DNA from: Oikopleura dioica
Lineage: Eukaryota > Animalia > Chordata
Length of the DNA: 64,000 nucleotides
Assembly (NCBI GenBank): GCA_907165135.1
Contig: OU015567.1
Span: forward strand, 2,356,001-2,420,000
Direction: 5' to 3'
Below are positions 24,531-36,297 of this stretch, piece after piece. A program made the translations under genes and the position numbers. The stretch's first letter is position 1. Each line of letters opens with the position of its first letter. A model generated the notes under the pieces. It was not told the origin of the DNA, searched no databases, and saw only the letters and a list, made by a program, of their open reading frames with translations.

Positions 24531-26511
24531 TTAATAGAAATAAGATAAAATCAAGAAGCAAAGGACGGAAGCTTGAGCAATTTGCCCTTCAGATTTACAG
24601 TGCTCTTCTTCCTGGTAGTTACCGACGCACATGGCAAATTCAGCGACCTCTGCAACCAAAGTCTGCTCGTTTACTCCTTCAAATCATTTTTAGCGAGAAA
24701 AATCATATAAAAAATCAAACCTGTAAGAAGATGAGCCCAAGGACCAGCCGCGAAAATTGGCACATCTTCTCCACCATGCGTTTCAGAATCGGTCTCCTGA
24801 GCTGTTGGCCATGTTCGCTCAATATCTGGAATTCTTCCATCTACTCCAACAGTGAAGTCCGCCTGCAATTTGTCTACTTTAGATAGGTATTCTAAAATAA
24901 GCTACCGTCATTGTTGAAGGAGGTTTCCGTTCGCATTGGCTGCTGGAATTTGTTTGTAGGTAGTCGTCAAATCCCGGACCGTTTCCGTAGCCGATAACAA
25001 AGACAGATTCGTTGTCATAAGTGTCGACAAAATCCGCTCCAAGGCCGAAGAGACTGGCTCCACGAGGAGCGTAGCCTCCAAAAGAGAAGACATGAGAATG
25101 ATCAGCGGAGACTGAGAGGAGTTTACATCAAAAAAGGCCCTTGCTATGAAAAGGGGACCATTCTCAAAAGAGTACAAGACACCTTTGATAAAAAAAAACT
25201 CTTCCTGATATCAGGGTCTCATTTTTGTTCGTAAGCTCGATGGCTTTTCCGACCGCTAAATCAATCATTTATCAGAATCACTTTTTCATTTTAACCTCTA
25301 TCGAAGGCAACCCATTCATGCAGCGCAAGAAATGGAGAGGCTTTATGATGACCATGGTCAATTTTTCCACCCTCGACGAAAAGATAGAATCCGTTTGGGT
25401 TCTTGCTCAGCTTCTTGATCGCAATTTCTGTCATCTTTTCAAGAGAGGGTTGATTTGTTTTCGAAACACTTATAAAAATGGTAAAAAGGGAGAAATCGTA
25501 CTCTTACCGGTCAAGATCATACTCCAAATGCCCGCTGGCAAAAAAGCCAATGAGTTTCCTTCCGTCATCGAGGTCAACTTGATCTAATTGATCTTTATCA
25601 AAAACAATATTGACGCTTTCATCATTAATCCAATCTTGCGTGAAATTTCTACCGTCGTTTCGGTCCTCCAAGTATCGCTTTCCTCCTCCAAAGATGACGT
25701 CGATATTTGGTGATGCATTGTAGAGTTGCAAGGAGATATCCTGAAGATACGATTATCTTTTTCAACGAAAGCATCTTACATCGCAGTCTCCATTGATAAG
25801 ATCTGAGTCCTCAGCCATTTTCTTATCAGAGTACCAGCTTCGATGCGCGATTTTGGAATAAGCAGCTCCTGGAGAAGCATGCTGCATGTAAGTTGTAGTT
25901 ACGATTCCTACTGATTTCCCTACAAGGTCGATTGAATAAGGACTCCGACGAAAAGGTCAGCTGAAGCATTACCTGCTCTCTTCGCCTTTTCGAGAACGCT
26001 CTCGAGCTGATTTTCGTTCACATTACTGCAGTCCCTACGCGCCACGGCCGCATTCACCCCAAGGGTTCCCGCTCTTCCCTTGACTCCGCAAAGATACGCA
26101 GTAGCAGTTCCAGCAGAATCCGGTGTCTGCTGATCGACATTGTACGTTTTTATCAAACCAGAATAGTCCAACGAGTCCATTTGAGAAACATGCGCCTCGC
26201 CGTTGTCCAAAATTCGTCCGGCGGTCACGGATGGAACTCCCATCCCGTCGCCAATAAGGAGAATGGCATTTTTCGCCTTGGACTTGTTTTGAATCTTTCG
26301 AGCGTTTTCACGAAGAGTTTTTTGTGTAAAAGACCGCCAGTATTCTGAAAATAATGTTTAAAATCATCTCGCAAAGAAAACGACCAGATGTTTCCTCAAC
26401 TTGAGGCCAAGTCTTTGTCGAATCAATTCTCGTTTCCGGATGCATTTTGGAGTCCTCATGGCCTTCTTTTGCCACGGCTAAACCGCATAAAAGAAGACCT
26501 GAAATCTTCAT
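24531..26511 (-). CDS. ALPL: Alkaline phosphatase, probably GPI-anchored, multi-exon
   Basis: [25 protein letters not shown] (catalytic Ser), [35 protein letters not shown], hydrophobic C-terminal tail; signal peptide [14 protein letters not shown]. Confidence 0.93.
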
Positions 26512-26733
26512 ATCTCTTTCTCTGATCTGTGATGCAGAAAGTTGTACCAAATAGAGCTTTTTGGAACTGAATTTGCGCAAATACAACCGGCCCGAAAGAC
26601 GTTCCACAAAAGATTTGAGCATCGTATAAATATGCAGAGAAAGTCATGAAGAGTCTTATTTTATTATTTGATCATAAAATTTGACATGAAATCATTTCAG
26701 AGCAGAGACAACGCAGCAAATTTAACTGAATAA

Positions 26734-29700
26734 CTAAAAACTTGCAATTATATCGAAAGAAGAAAAGCCATCAAAATAGACAATAATATCTTGAAGGTTA
26801 AATTTTTTTGTTTCTTGGTCGAAGAGAAAGAAATTCGGTGGTGATTTTGGGCATGGATTTTGTAAGATGCAACTATCAGAAATTGTTTCCCCAAGAATTA
26901 TTTGCCCTTGAATGAGAAACATATTTTCAAACACCGTTGTTCTGGATTGAAAGTAACTAAAACTCTTTCGGCGAAAAGAAGTATGGCCGAGATAGAACCA
27001 ATTATTTTTGTAGAGTCGCTGAATTTGAATCATATGAGTGGTAATGCCATTAAAAGAATATTCCGAACGAGTTGCAAAAATGATTCCTTCGATGTCAGGA
27101 AATGCTGTTATAAGATGATCAAAGCCACCAGCCCCGAAATCTCCTCCTAAAATAAATGCATTTAAAAAACCACGTAAAAATAATTCATACGAAAATGAGA
27201 GGGAAAGTAATTCCTTGTTTCTGACCAAGCATGACCAGCATATCCAGCCACTCCATCAAAGGAATAGAGATAAATAACACTTGAAGGGTATCGTTTTGTT
27301 ATCGTAAAAATATTCTTAATAAAGTCACACTCAATCACTCATTAAAAAGGGAAACACTCACAAAATGATTGTTGAGTTTAAGCGCAACATTTTCCGAGTA
27401 GAAGTTATTCCGATGAACTGTCCGAAAAGGTCGATTGTAGACCGTTCCAAGTGCTGCATTTTCTCCTTCAACCAACAGACTGTAACAAATATCATGGCTG
27501 TCATATACTGAGCAGAAGATAATTCTCTCTTCATCCTGCAAGACTTCATTTTTTACCACTCTCTGGTAGAATCCACTTCCACAGAGATCGCCTAAAACTA
27601 AATCGTCTCTTATTTTTATGACAGCGATCTTCTTCAGCTGTTCGTCTTTTGTGAGTTTCCAAATAATCACGTGACGGTCCACCACGTTATCGCTTACTTG
27701 TTGAATTAGATAGAAGCCCCCTTTGAACCAAACAATACACATTGACAATGTGACATTGTTGAACGAGAATTTTGGAGAGCATTTGTCAAAATTTGTTTTT
27801 CTTAAATCCTGGCTTTTTCAAATAAATAATAAGGTAAAAAGGTTTGTAGTTAAAAGCGGTCCTTGGAAAAAAAAAGTTTTATTGACGGACATCTTGTACA
27901 AAAATCTAACAGGTTCTTTTCCCCATTTAGTTTTTCGAGAACACCCAAAGAAAAGTCCGGTATATCTTCAACGCACTCGTATCCTGGACAAGGACAGCCA
28001 TCTGGACACCTGCTCTCGAAGGGACAGTCATCTTTTACTTCCATATCTGCTGCAACCATGCAAATATCTAGGCATTCTTTATTTTCTTGGTGATTGTATG
28101 ACTTCCAGGAACTGTCTATTTCTTTTGATTCAGGTGTGTATTTAAAGCGATCGTCGGCATAAGAAAAATCGCTTTCGAAGCACAAGTTTTGTGTGGGATG
28201 ACTAAGTTCGTGGGGACTAGGTTCGTGGGACTAGGTTCGTGGGTGTCTGGCTGGAAAACGTGGTTCGTGGGACTAGGTTCGTGAGTTTTTGATTTTATAT
28301 GTATATTTTTATTTGTAATGAGTAAGTGTTATTTATATGTATATATTTATTTATATATAATTGTATATATGTATTGTAATTATATGATCATATAATATAA
28401 TATTGTTATCTAAATAAAGGTTCGGGGGTTTTTGATTGGTTAGAATTTTTATTCTATAAGGAAAAAATATGTGCGACTAGGTTCGTGGGACTAGGTTCGT
28501 GGGTTTTGAAATTTTTTATAAGGAAAAGGGGGTGCGACTAGGTTCGTGGGACTAGGTTCGTGAAGACTAGGTTCGTGGGACTAGGTTAGCTTGCTAAATA
28601 ATTCCGTTATAGTTATCACCAACTCTTCTAAGGCAACCATTGTTATTCAGCGCTAACATAGAAATTCAGTTAAAGAGCCTAGCGGCTTATTTTGGGGGTG
28701 GGGGTGGGAAAGTCATTTTTTTACCATTCAACTTTACCCAATTTTACAACCCGCGAACCTAGTCCCACGAACCTAGTCTCACGAACCTAGTCTTCACGAA
28801 CCTAATCTTCACGAACCTAGTCCCACGAACCTAGTCTTCACGAACCTAGTCTTCACGAACCTAGTCCCACGAACCTAGTCTTCACGAACCTAGTCTTCAC
28901 GAACCTAGTCCCACGAACCTAGTCGCACCCCCCTTTTCCTTATAAAAAAAAATTTCAAAACCCACGAACCTAGTCCCACGAACCTAGTCGCACTCAATTG
29001 TTCCTTATAAAAAAAAAATTTCAAAACTCACGAACCTAATCCCACGAACCTTGTCGCACTCAATTGTTCCTTATTAAAAAAAATTTATAATTTTTATAAT
29101 ACTTGTAATACTTATAGAAAAATCTCTTATTTCAAAACCCACGAACCTAGCACCCCTACGAACCTAGTCCCACGAACCTAGTCGCACCACATTGTTCCTT
29201 ATAGAGAGGAAACCATACCCCATCTTGCATACTTTGGCATAACCCCCTACGAACCTAGTCCCACGAACCTAGTCCCTACGAACTTAGTCATCAATCCCCA
29301 AGTTTTCGCACAAGTTTTTTGATAGATGCGCAGTAAGGAGACACATATTTCGATTTGCTGCGTTTTTTGAAGCATCGAATGATTTTTGTACTATATTCGG
29401 GTGTCGGAGCTTGATTGGCTGATCAGGAAAGGTGAAATTTCCATAATTTATGTTCGAAAAATCAGCACAATTGTACATCTCCGAGGCGCATGCATTCCAG
29501 TCACTAATCAGGGCTCATTTTTCTCAAAATATTGCGTTCATCATAAAACTTCTTGCAGGCATCGGATTCTCTTTTCTCATTATATATCAATAACGATTAT
29601 TTCTATTTAATAAATATGAGCCCAGAACGATCAGATATACATGTCTTGAATTGCCGAACACAGAAAGAACCAACACCGGGCTTGAATCTTGTCCTTTCAA

Positions 29701-29977
29701 AATTGATAAAATTTGCCGAGAGAATCACAATAAACCAAAAAATAGATGCAGTGGAAAGATAGACTTTCAATTGTGTATTAGTGCTGAACCCATGCTCTGC
29801 CAAATTGAATGTCTTTTTGTCGTCCACTTTCTTGCTTTTTCTCGCGGTTTCTCGAAAAGGAATAAGCCATATTTTCTTCTTCTTTTGATAAAGTTTGCCG
29901 TTGCAGTCGCAATTTGCACATGTTGCGACAAACATTGAAAAAATTATTATACCTACTAAGTTGTGCTTAGACTTCAA
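26734..29977 (-). CDS. Cys-rich type II membrane protein (CPxxxxCPxGCPC family) with a coding exon interrupted by a transposon; possibly a pseudogene allele
   Basis: TM segment then CVRQFKTC, NYGNFTFPD, LCENL|CFESD, CPFESRCPDGCPCPGYEC; paralogous to 59382-62918; the frame is continuous across the insertion site once the element and one TSD are removed. Confidence 0.65.
28191..29298. mobile_element. Foldback-type non-autonomous DNA transposon with 8-bp TSD
   Basis: TSD CAAGTTTT at 28183-28190 and 29299-29306; termini G..GATGACTAAGTTCGT; modular inverted arrays of 14-15-bp ACTAGGTTCGTGGG / ACGAACCTAGTC units. Confidence 0.88.
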
Positions 29978-30827
29978 TACCGTATTGACAATACGAGCCT
30001 GGGTGATACTCTGACTTGACTTTCAAAAAATGACAAAGTATCTGCCAAAACTTTTCGCTCTTGACGGATGGGATCTTTGGTTTTGTCGTCTTTTACGCAT
30101 CAACTCTATTTTCAGCTTTCGATATTTGTCCAGTCCAAGAGTTGGAATACATCCAAAAATATCCAACCGGGACTGATTTTCGATGCAACTTCTTTGAGTA
30201 GAAAGTCCTCGGGTGGAACATTGCTGGAACTCGTGCCATTCTAGTGTGGACAATCGCCCCTTCCGTGGCTGTATTCTGGGGTCTCAAAAAAAGCTCAAAC
30301 TTCTTTGAGTCCCTGCTGTACTGTTCTGTCTGCATGCTGTTCTTTGATTGAATATATGAATTAGTCAGATTGACTGACAGGAAACAGTATACTTTTGCGT
30401 TTACTGGTGTTAAATGATGATACTGGTTTATTGAATGAACTTATGATTTACACAGAATCGAGTGGTGGCAATTAATGTACACTGTTGCAATAAAAAAAAG
30501 TATTGTTGTGGCGATGATGCTAGAATTTATGAAGTAAATCGCGGACAATACAGATTCAAGAAGCAAAAGATTCTACGGTGAGTATATACAGATCATTTCA
30601 GCTCATAAAAAAAAGATGCAAAAATCCATCACTTTTCGTCAAATGAAAAATAATTATTCAATTTAAGAAAAGTTTTGATAAATTTCTGACTCTCTAGAAT
30701 CGAGCTTTAATACCGTAATATCGCTGAAATTATACAAAAAGTTATGGCAGTAGTTTTGTTTTATATTTCATTTTGTCTTCTTTTTTATAAATTATTTTCG
30801 GCTGATTTTCGGCTTTTTGCTAATTTT

Positions 30828-33800
30828 TCAAAAGTCTGGTTCTGGAACTCGTTTTTTGTCCTTCCCGCGGCGGCGCATCATGAGCCTGTGCTGGTTCCGA
30901 TGGGAGATTTTGAAGCGAGCTGACGCCGACGGGTTAACTTTGATTTGAACTGGTTCTCCGTCGACTTGCAGTGCCAGAGTATGATTTAACTGAAAATAAT
31001 GTCAGGAAAGAGAGATAAAAAGGCAGCTAACAATAAGCTCAACTTCTGAAAATTGGCCAAGACTTTCTCCAGTTCCCTTTGCAAGATACAGATTCACGAA
31101 TTGATGATGACTGAATGCTAAAACTTCTATTTTCTCATCCGCCGTTGATGCTTTTCCTTTCGATTCATCCCATGGCTTGAACCCTCCGGAATAGCTTTTG
31201 ATGTTGAGAAGCATGACGCAACAGGCCTTTTCGATGGTTTAATAATTGGCCTATAATTTGGCCAAAATTTTGGCCTTTTCAATTGAATATCTTAAACCAC
31301 TTTTCCTTTATTCTTTCCAGTTTGGCCGTCATGTCCTCGCCGTCGCAAATAATATTGACGTGTTTGTACATTTCGCGACTGGCGCAATTGAACTTGAGAA
31401 ATTCCATCACCCCGTAGTGCGTGTAGAGGATCTTGTTCCCCAGGCGGCTGTTGAATTTGTCAGGATTTTGCTCTGAACATACACGTTGCTCTTAATCCCC
31501 ACGACAGTAAGTGCTCTTTGCTTTTATACAGTTTTAAAAAGGCGAAAGCTGCAAATGGTAATCAACGTACAAGCCATGGCCTCTTACCTCGCTCGGAATG
31601 AAATTTGAGGCAAGCTTCAGCATCAACCCCAACAGTGAAGTAATTATTCAGAACTTTCAGCGGAAGGTTAATTTCCTCATCGGCATCGATGTTCCAGCGG
31701 TCCAGAGCTGACACTTTGCCGTTTTCAACCGCCTTTGAAAGGGTAAATTCCTTTCGTTGACAAGTTAAAAAAGGTAAAATTTAAAATAAATTTTATGAAT
31801 TATAAATAATTTTAAAAACCCGGTCCTTGAGAATTTTCGATAGATCGCCGCCCGTATAGCCGCCTCCCCAATCAAACGAGCGACTCAAATCGTTGCCCGT
31901 CCCAAGAGGGAGGATGGCGACGGGCGGCTTCACAGCAAAGCCGACGTCATCGATTGTTGACATCACCCAGCCACAAGTGCCGTCGCCACCTGCACACAAG
32001 ATGCGCAGATTCGGAACGTCTCGAAAGAGCTCCAGTGCTTGCTTTGGACCGCCTGAAAAATAAATTTTTATTCATAAAAAATCATCGATGAATTTTATAA
32101 ATTATAATAAGAAGCTGGTTTTCTATACCTCATGAATAAATTAAAGGCTTATATACTGTATATATTTGTGTATAATAAAATTGCCTTTAGTCAAGTCGAA
32201 AATCTGCCTCGGATTCAACAGATATTGCATTTCAGCGAGGACGTAATGGCCCTGATTGCCGCCAGATTTAGGATTGATGAAAACCAATAAAGGCGTTTTG
32301 TCGCCAACATCTTCGGGTATTATTTCGAAATCATCTGTCAAGCGTCTTTCCACGTCGTCGCGTTCTTCCATTTCAGAATCACTTAATTTGCGAATGAGAA
32401 TTTATCTGAAGCCTTGCCGAATTTAGTGACCGTTTTTTTTACCTCTTTTTATGAATCCAACTTGGCGGCACAACGAGTTGTCGATGTTCTCCAAAGTCGC
32501 AAACGTCCTCATTCGCCAATTTCATCGCGCATTTGTAATGATAGCTTTGCTTGCACCAGGAGCACATTACAGGCGCTTCTTCTTCCGAGTGTTTCTTTTC
32601 CGTCGAGAGCATTTTCGGAAGCTTTGACTTGTCAAATTTCTCGCGGCAGTCGGGATAAGAGCAGCGGCCAGAAGCACGCGGGAGCTTTACCCACTTGTGC
32701 TCCGCTAAGCTGCTGGTCTGGTGGCCGTCGTTGAATGTAACGCGGCATTTCGGGAGAGCTAGGAGATTTGGTAAACAGAATAACATGATGATACCATTTC
32801 ACCTTGATTTTTCTTCTTACAATTCGTATGGACAGCAATTCTACAAGCATTGCACCGTTCCCTGGAGGAGCTTTTAGATTTACAATCTGGCTGCGATTTC
32901 AGATAGCAGCTTTCGTTCGACGAATCGCAGTCTGTCCACAAGTGCGCGTCTGGCTCAGCAGATTGCTACAGGTACAGTTGAATAAAACTTAAGACAAAGC
33001 GAACTTTGTGTACCTTCCAAATTGGCAGTGGATCACGTGATGGCTGAATAGGTACGGGCGCGACGCGAGAGGGCTCTGTGAATCTTCCGATGTTGTCGCC
33101 GGTCGAAAGTCGTCGACTAAAAATTATGATTAATACAGTATGTTCGATTCAGTCATTTAAAAAGCAGCTATATTTTGGCTTACACTCAATAAGAGACTTT
33201 CAATAAAATCATTTTTAAGAAAAATAATGACTACTTGGCCGAAGGTCGAATAAGGGGACCCATGCAAGAACTAAGAGGATTATTTAAGGACCCCCCCGTC
33301 AGCTTTTTTTGAAAAATAAAATTTTAGAATTTTGAAATTTTGACCCCGGAAATGGATTCTACGGGTTAAAAGACGATTTTGAGGCTTCATTTTTTGGGAG
33401 TCTATCTGGACTCCTTCACCCCCAAAATCGCATTTGAAAATTGGACTTTTCGCCGAAAATTGACGAATTTGCCCTAATTTTGGCAAAAATACTGAGTTTT
33501 CTTGGTCAAAACTTCCCCTTATAAGTTTTTCTCAGCAAGTTTAACCTTGGGACGCATTGAGAACAAAAAATATGGGGTTTATAGAAATTTCCATTTTTCG
33601 AAGGAAAAAGCTGAAGGGGGGGGGGCTTAATTCAGCAAAAAAAAAGAAAAATAATTGCTCATTACTTTTTATTTTCAAGCGATCTTCTCAAAACTTTTTT
33701 AATCCAGTGACAGGAGATGCACATTCACTCTCTATGCAAATGCTTTCGTCTCTCCAATTGCAGAAAGAAAAAAAGAAAATGAGCAGGAAAAAAAATCAAT

Positions 33801-36297
33801 CGGCCGCTTGAATGAACAAGGCCAAATTGTGCAAGGGAATATTTGCACTGCTGGACATAATCACTTTTGGCCGATAAAGAAAGAAAAAAAGAAGAAAAAA
33901 AAATCGTCACAAAAGATGGCCCTTTCTCTATTGCCTTGTGTAAATAGCTCAGAACGGAAAGATTGTTTTCAGCCCGCCCTGTAATTGTCACTCTACTGGG
34001 TATTCGATGACGACAGAATAAGGAAAAAGAAAGTGGGTAGAAGGGGAAGAAGGTTTAATTTTTGATTACTCTCGGTTGGTGTTCCATCAACTCTGTAGAC
34101 GGAAATATCCAAAAAATACAAAGCTAAGAGTAAGGGTTAGAGTATGTCAAAGAAAAAGGTTTTCGAATCAAAACTTTCCATTGGGGTTAGGGTTGTTGCT
34201 TGGGCTAGGGTCTTAAGTAACGTTTAGACTTAGTTTTGGTCGAAAAAATTAAGCAAAAACCTTTCATTATGAAAAATAGGCGCCGTGAGGGAAAAAAGCG
34301 AGAAGCGTCTTTCTCTTGCCATGGGTAGGTTTGCAATGAAGAGTTTGGAAAACGAGGAGAAAAGAAAATTAGAAAATGGTTCACCATTTGAATAATGAAA
34401 TCACGAACGAGCAACGAATCGAGCCGATTTGATCATATTCATTCTCGATATTGCTCTCTTAGAAGCTTTTCTGCTCGACCGAAGGATTATTTTTTTAGCT
34501 TTTTACCTTTCGAAACCATCATGTTTCTCAGCGGCCAAGGATAAAAATCTTATTCTCTGTTTCGCCATTTTTAATCAAAAAATCATGTTCGCTGTTTATT
34601 GAGCCCAAAAACTCAATTTCGGATACCGTCGCTCTGAGGTCAGTCATTCAATGAACGAGACCGATATTTATCGCTCTGAAACAAGCACGTAAAATAAGAG
34701 GATTACACATCGTCGTTAAAAAATATGCCCGAAAGAATTCTACAATGAAGAATCTGCGACTCGATCGAAAAGAAACATTAAGGGCGTACCAAGCTTAACT
34801 GATTCTATAGTAAGAATATCGTTTTTCATGAACTTATTAAAATGGCGATTAAATTGAGTAATAATGAATCCTTAATAAAAGACAGCAGCTTGAAATTCGA
34901 CTTGGATGGCACCGTTTATACGTACTTATTATTACTCAAGATCAGAGTTGCAAATTTGTTGAGCTGAGTGAGCTGAGCTGGCTGAGGGAGCTGAGCAGTC
35001 GCTCAGCTCAGTGATTTTCGAACATGATGAGTTCTGCTCAGCTCAGACAAGTATCATTCAGCTCAGCTAAATGATTTGAACTTAATTTTACTACTAAAAA
35101 TACAGTAAAAACAGCTCAGTTCAGCTCATCCAGCTCAGCTCAGCTCTTATTCGGCTCTGCTCAGCTCAATGACGTCTGAAAAAGGGCAGCTCAGCTCAGT
35201 GAGCTGCGTAATAGGTCAGCTCAGCTCAGAGAATTTTTCACGCAGGTCAGCTCAGCTCAGCTCAGCATAAACAAACCAAAATTTGCAACTCTGCTCAAGA
35301 TGGTCATTATTCTAGTAATTTCATGGAGAAAATAGACGATTGAGTTGACGTCATAATAAATAATGATGACCGACAATTTAATAAATTTCTTATTTTAAAT
35401 TTAAAAATTTTAGATAAACCATGTATATAAAAAATGAAACTTCTATTCCATTTTTTTTTTGAAAAATATAGTCTTTATTATATAGAGATTTCATCAATAT
35501 TTATATTCTATTGCTAAGAAAATCAGACATAATGGGTGTAGGGCGGCTACGTTACAAATAGTTAAAATTGTAACAGCGTTACAAAAATTCAAAATCAAAA
35601 TCATTGAACGAGTGGGCGCTTCGCGCCTGAATTAAAGGAAACTACACTTTGGCACACCTTATCGCTTATTCTGTCCAAAATAATAAGAATTACGGAATGG
35701 AAAATAATTTGTATTGCGAAAAAAATCTGAATTCTTGTAACGGCGTTACAAAATTGTAACGGCGTTACAAATTTGTAACGTAGCCGCCCGTCCCCCGACA
35801 TAATTTATAAAAATATAGTCTATTGAAATGCCACTTGGCCTTTTTTTCAGCAAGATATCAACTCGTCTGAGTTATTATATTTTCTGACGTGGCGTCAGTT
35901 TGATCGATTTTGCGAATTATAAATATCTTTTTTTTTTATATAAAAAGGTTATGTTGATTTCTGGCTCGTTCCTTTTTTTGAATCAAAATTGAATTTTCTC
36001 TCAAATTCGAATTTACCCTTCGATCTCGCCCAAGGGCGGACCTGCTTTGCCCTGGGGGCAAATCAATCTAATTACCACTCAGATGTAAAACCCTTAGCGT
36101 TTTCAATCGCGGCCAATTCTAAAAACTGACCTTTCATCAGCATTCTGATCCTGCTGTAGATATTTCTTCAGCGTGGCCCTCGGGTCAGGTGAAATCCGCC
36201 CCCAGGAAAAATTCGATTCCGCGCTTTCTTGCGAGCTTTTACGAGCATTGGTTCGTTCATCTGCCGACAGAGTGCGGTACTTTTCTTTTTTCTCCAT
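30828..36297 (-). CDS. DGKZ: Diacylglycerol kinase, type IV (zeta/iota-like), multi-exon
   Basis: Two atypical C1 domains ([18 protein letters not shown]; [13 protein letters not shown]), catalytic [30 protein letters not shown], accessory [17 protein letters not shown]; the first exon 36132-36297 is phase-compatible with the exon starting at about 33113. Confidence 0.88.
33288..33626. mobile_element. TTAA-flanked MITE, copy of the 10429-10762 family
   Basis: TTAA|GGACCCCCCCGTCAGC ... GCTGAAGGGGGGGGGGC|TTAA; shares internal blocks such as TTTTGACCCCGGAAATGGATTCTACGGG and GATTTTGAGGCTTCATTTTTTGGG. Confidence 0.85.
34943..35293. mobile_element. hAT-type MITE rich in (CAGCT)n
   Basis: TIR CAGAGTTGCAAATT / AATTTGCAACTCTG; 8-bp TSD CTCAAGAT at 34935-34942 and 35294-35301; GAGCT/CAGCT pentamer arrays oriented oppositely at the two ends. 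Confidence 0.9.
35534..35796. mobile_element. MITE with GG termini and 8-bp TSD
   Basis: TIR core GGGCGGCTACGTTACAAAT / ATTTGTAACGTAGCCGCCC; TSD GACATAAT at 35526-35533 and 35797-35804; internal TGTAAC-GCGTTACA palindromic subrepeats. Confidence 0.85.

Noticed and set aside
24908-25177. 89-aa minus-strand ORF inside the phosphatase locus
   Set aside because: Out-of-frame reading of the true exon encoding VSADHSH
28200-29290. Short regularly repeated units resembling a CRISPR array
   Set aside because: No unique spacers, eukaryotic context, and repeats are inverted between the two ends and bounded by a TSD, so these are transposon subterminal repeats
34128-34212. Scattered GGGTTAG words resembling telomeric repeat
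   Set aside because: Not tandem, too few and too degenerate
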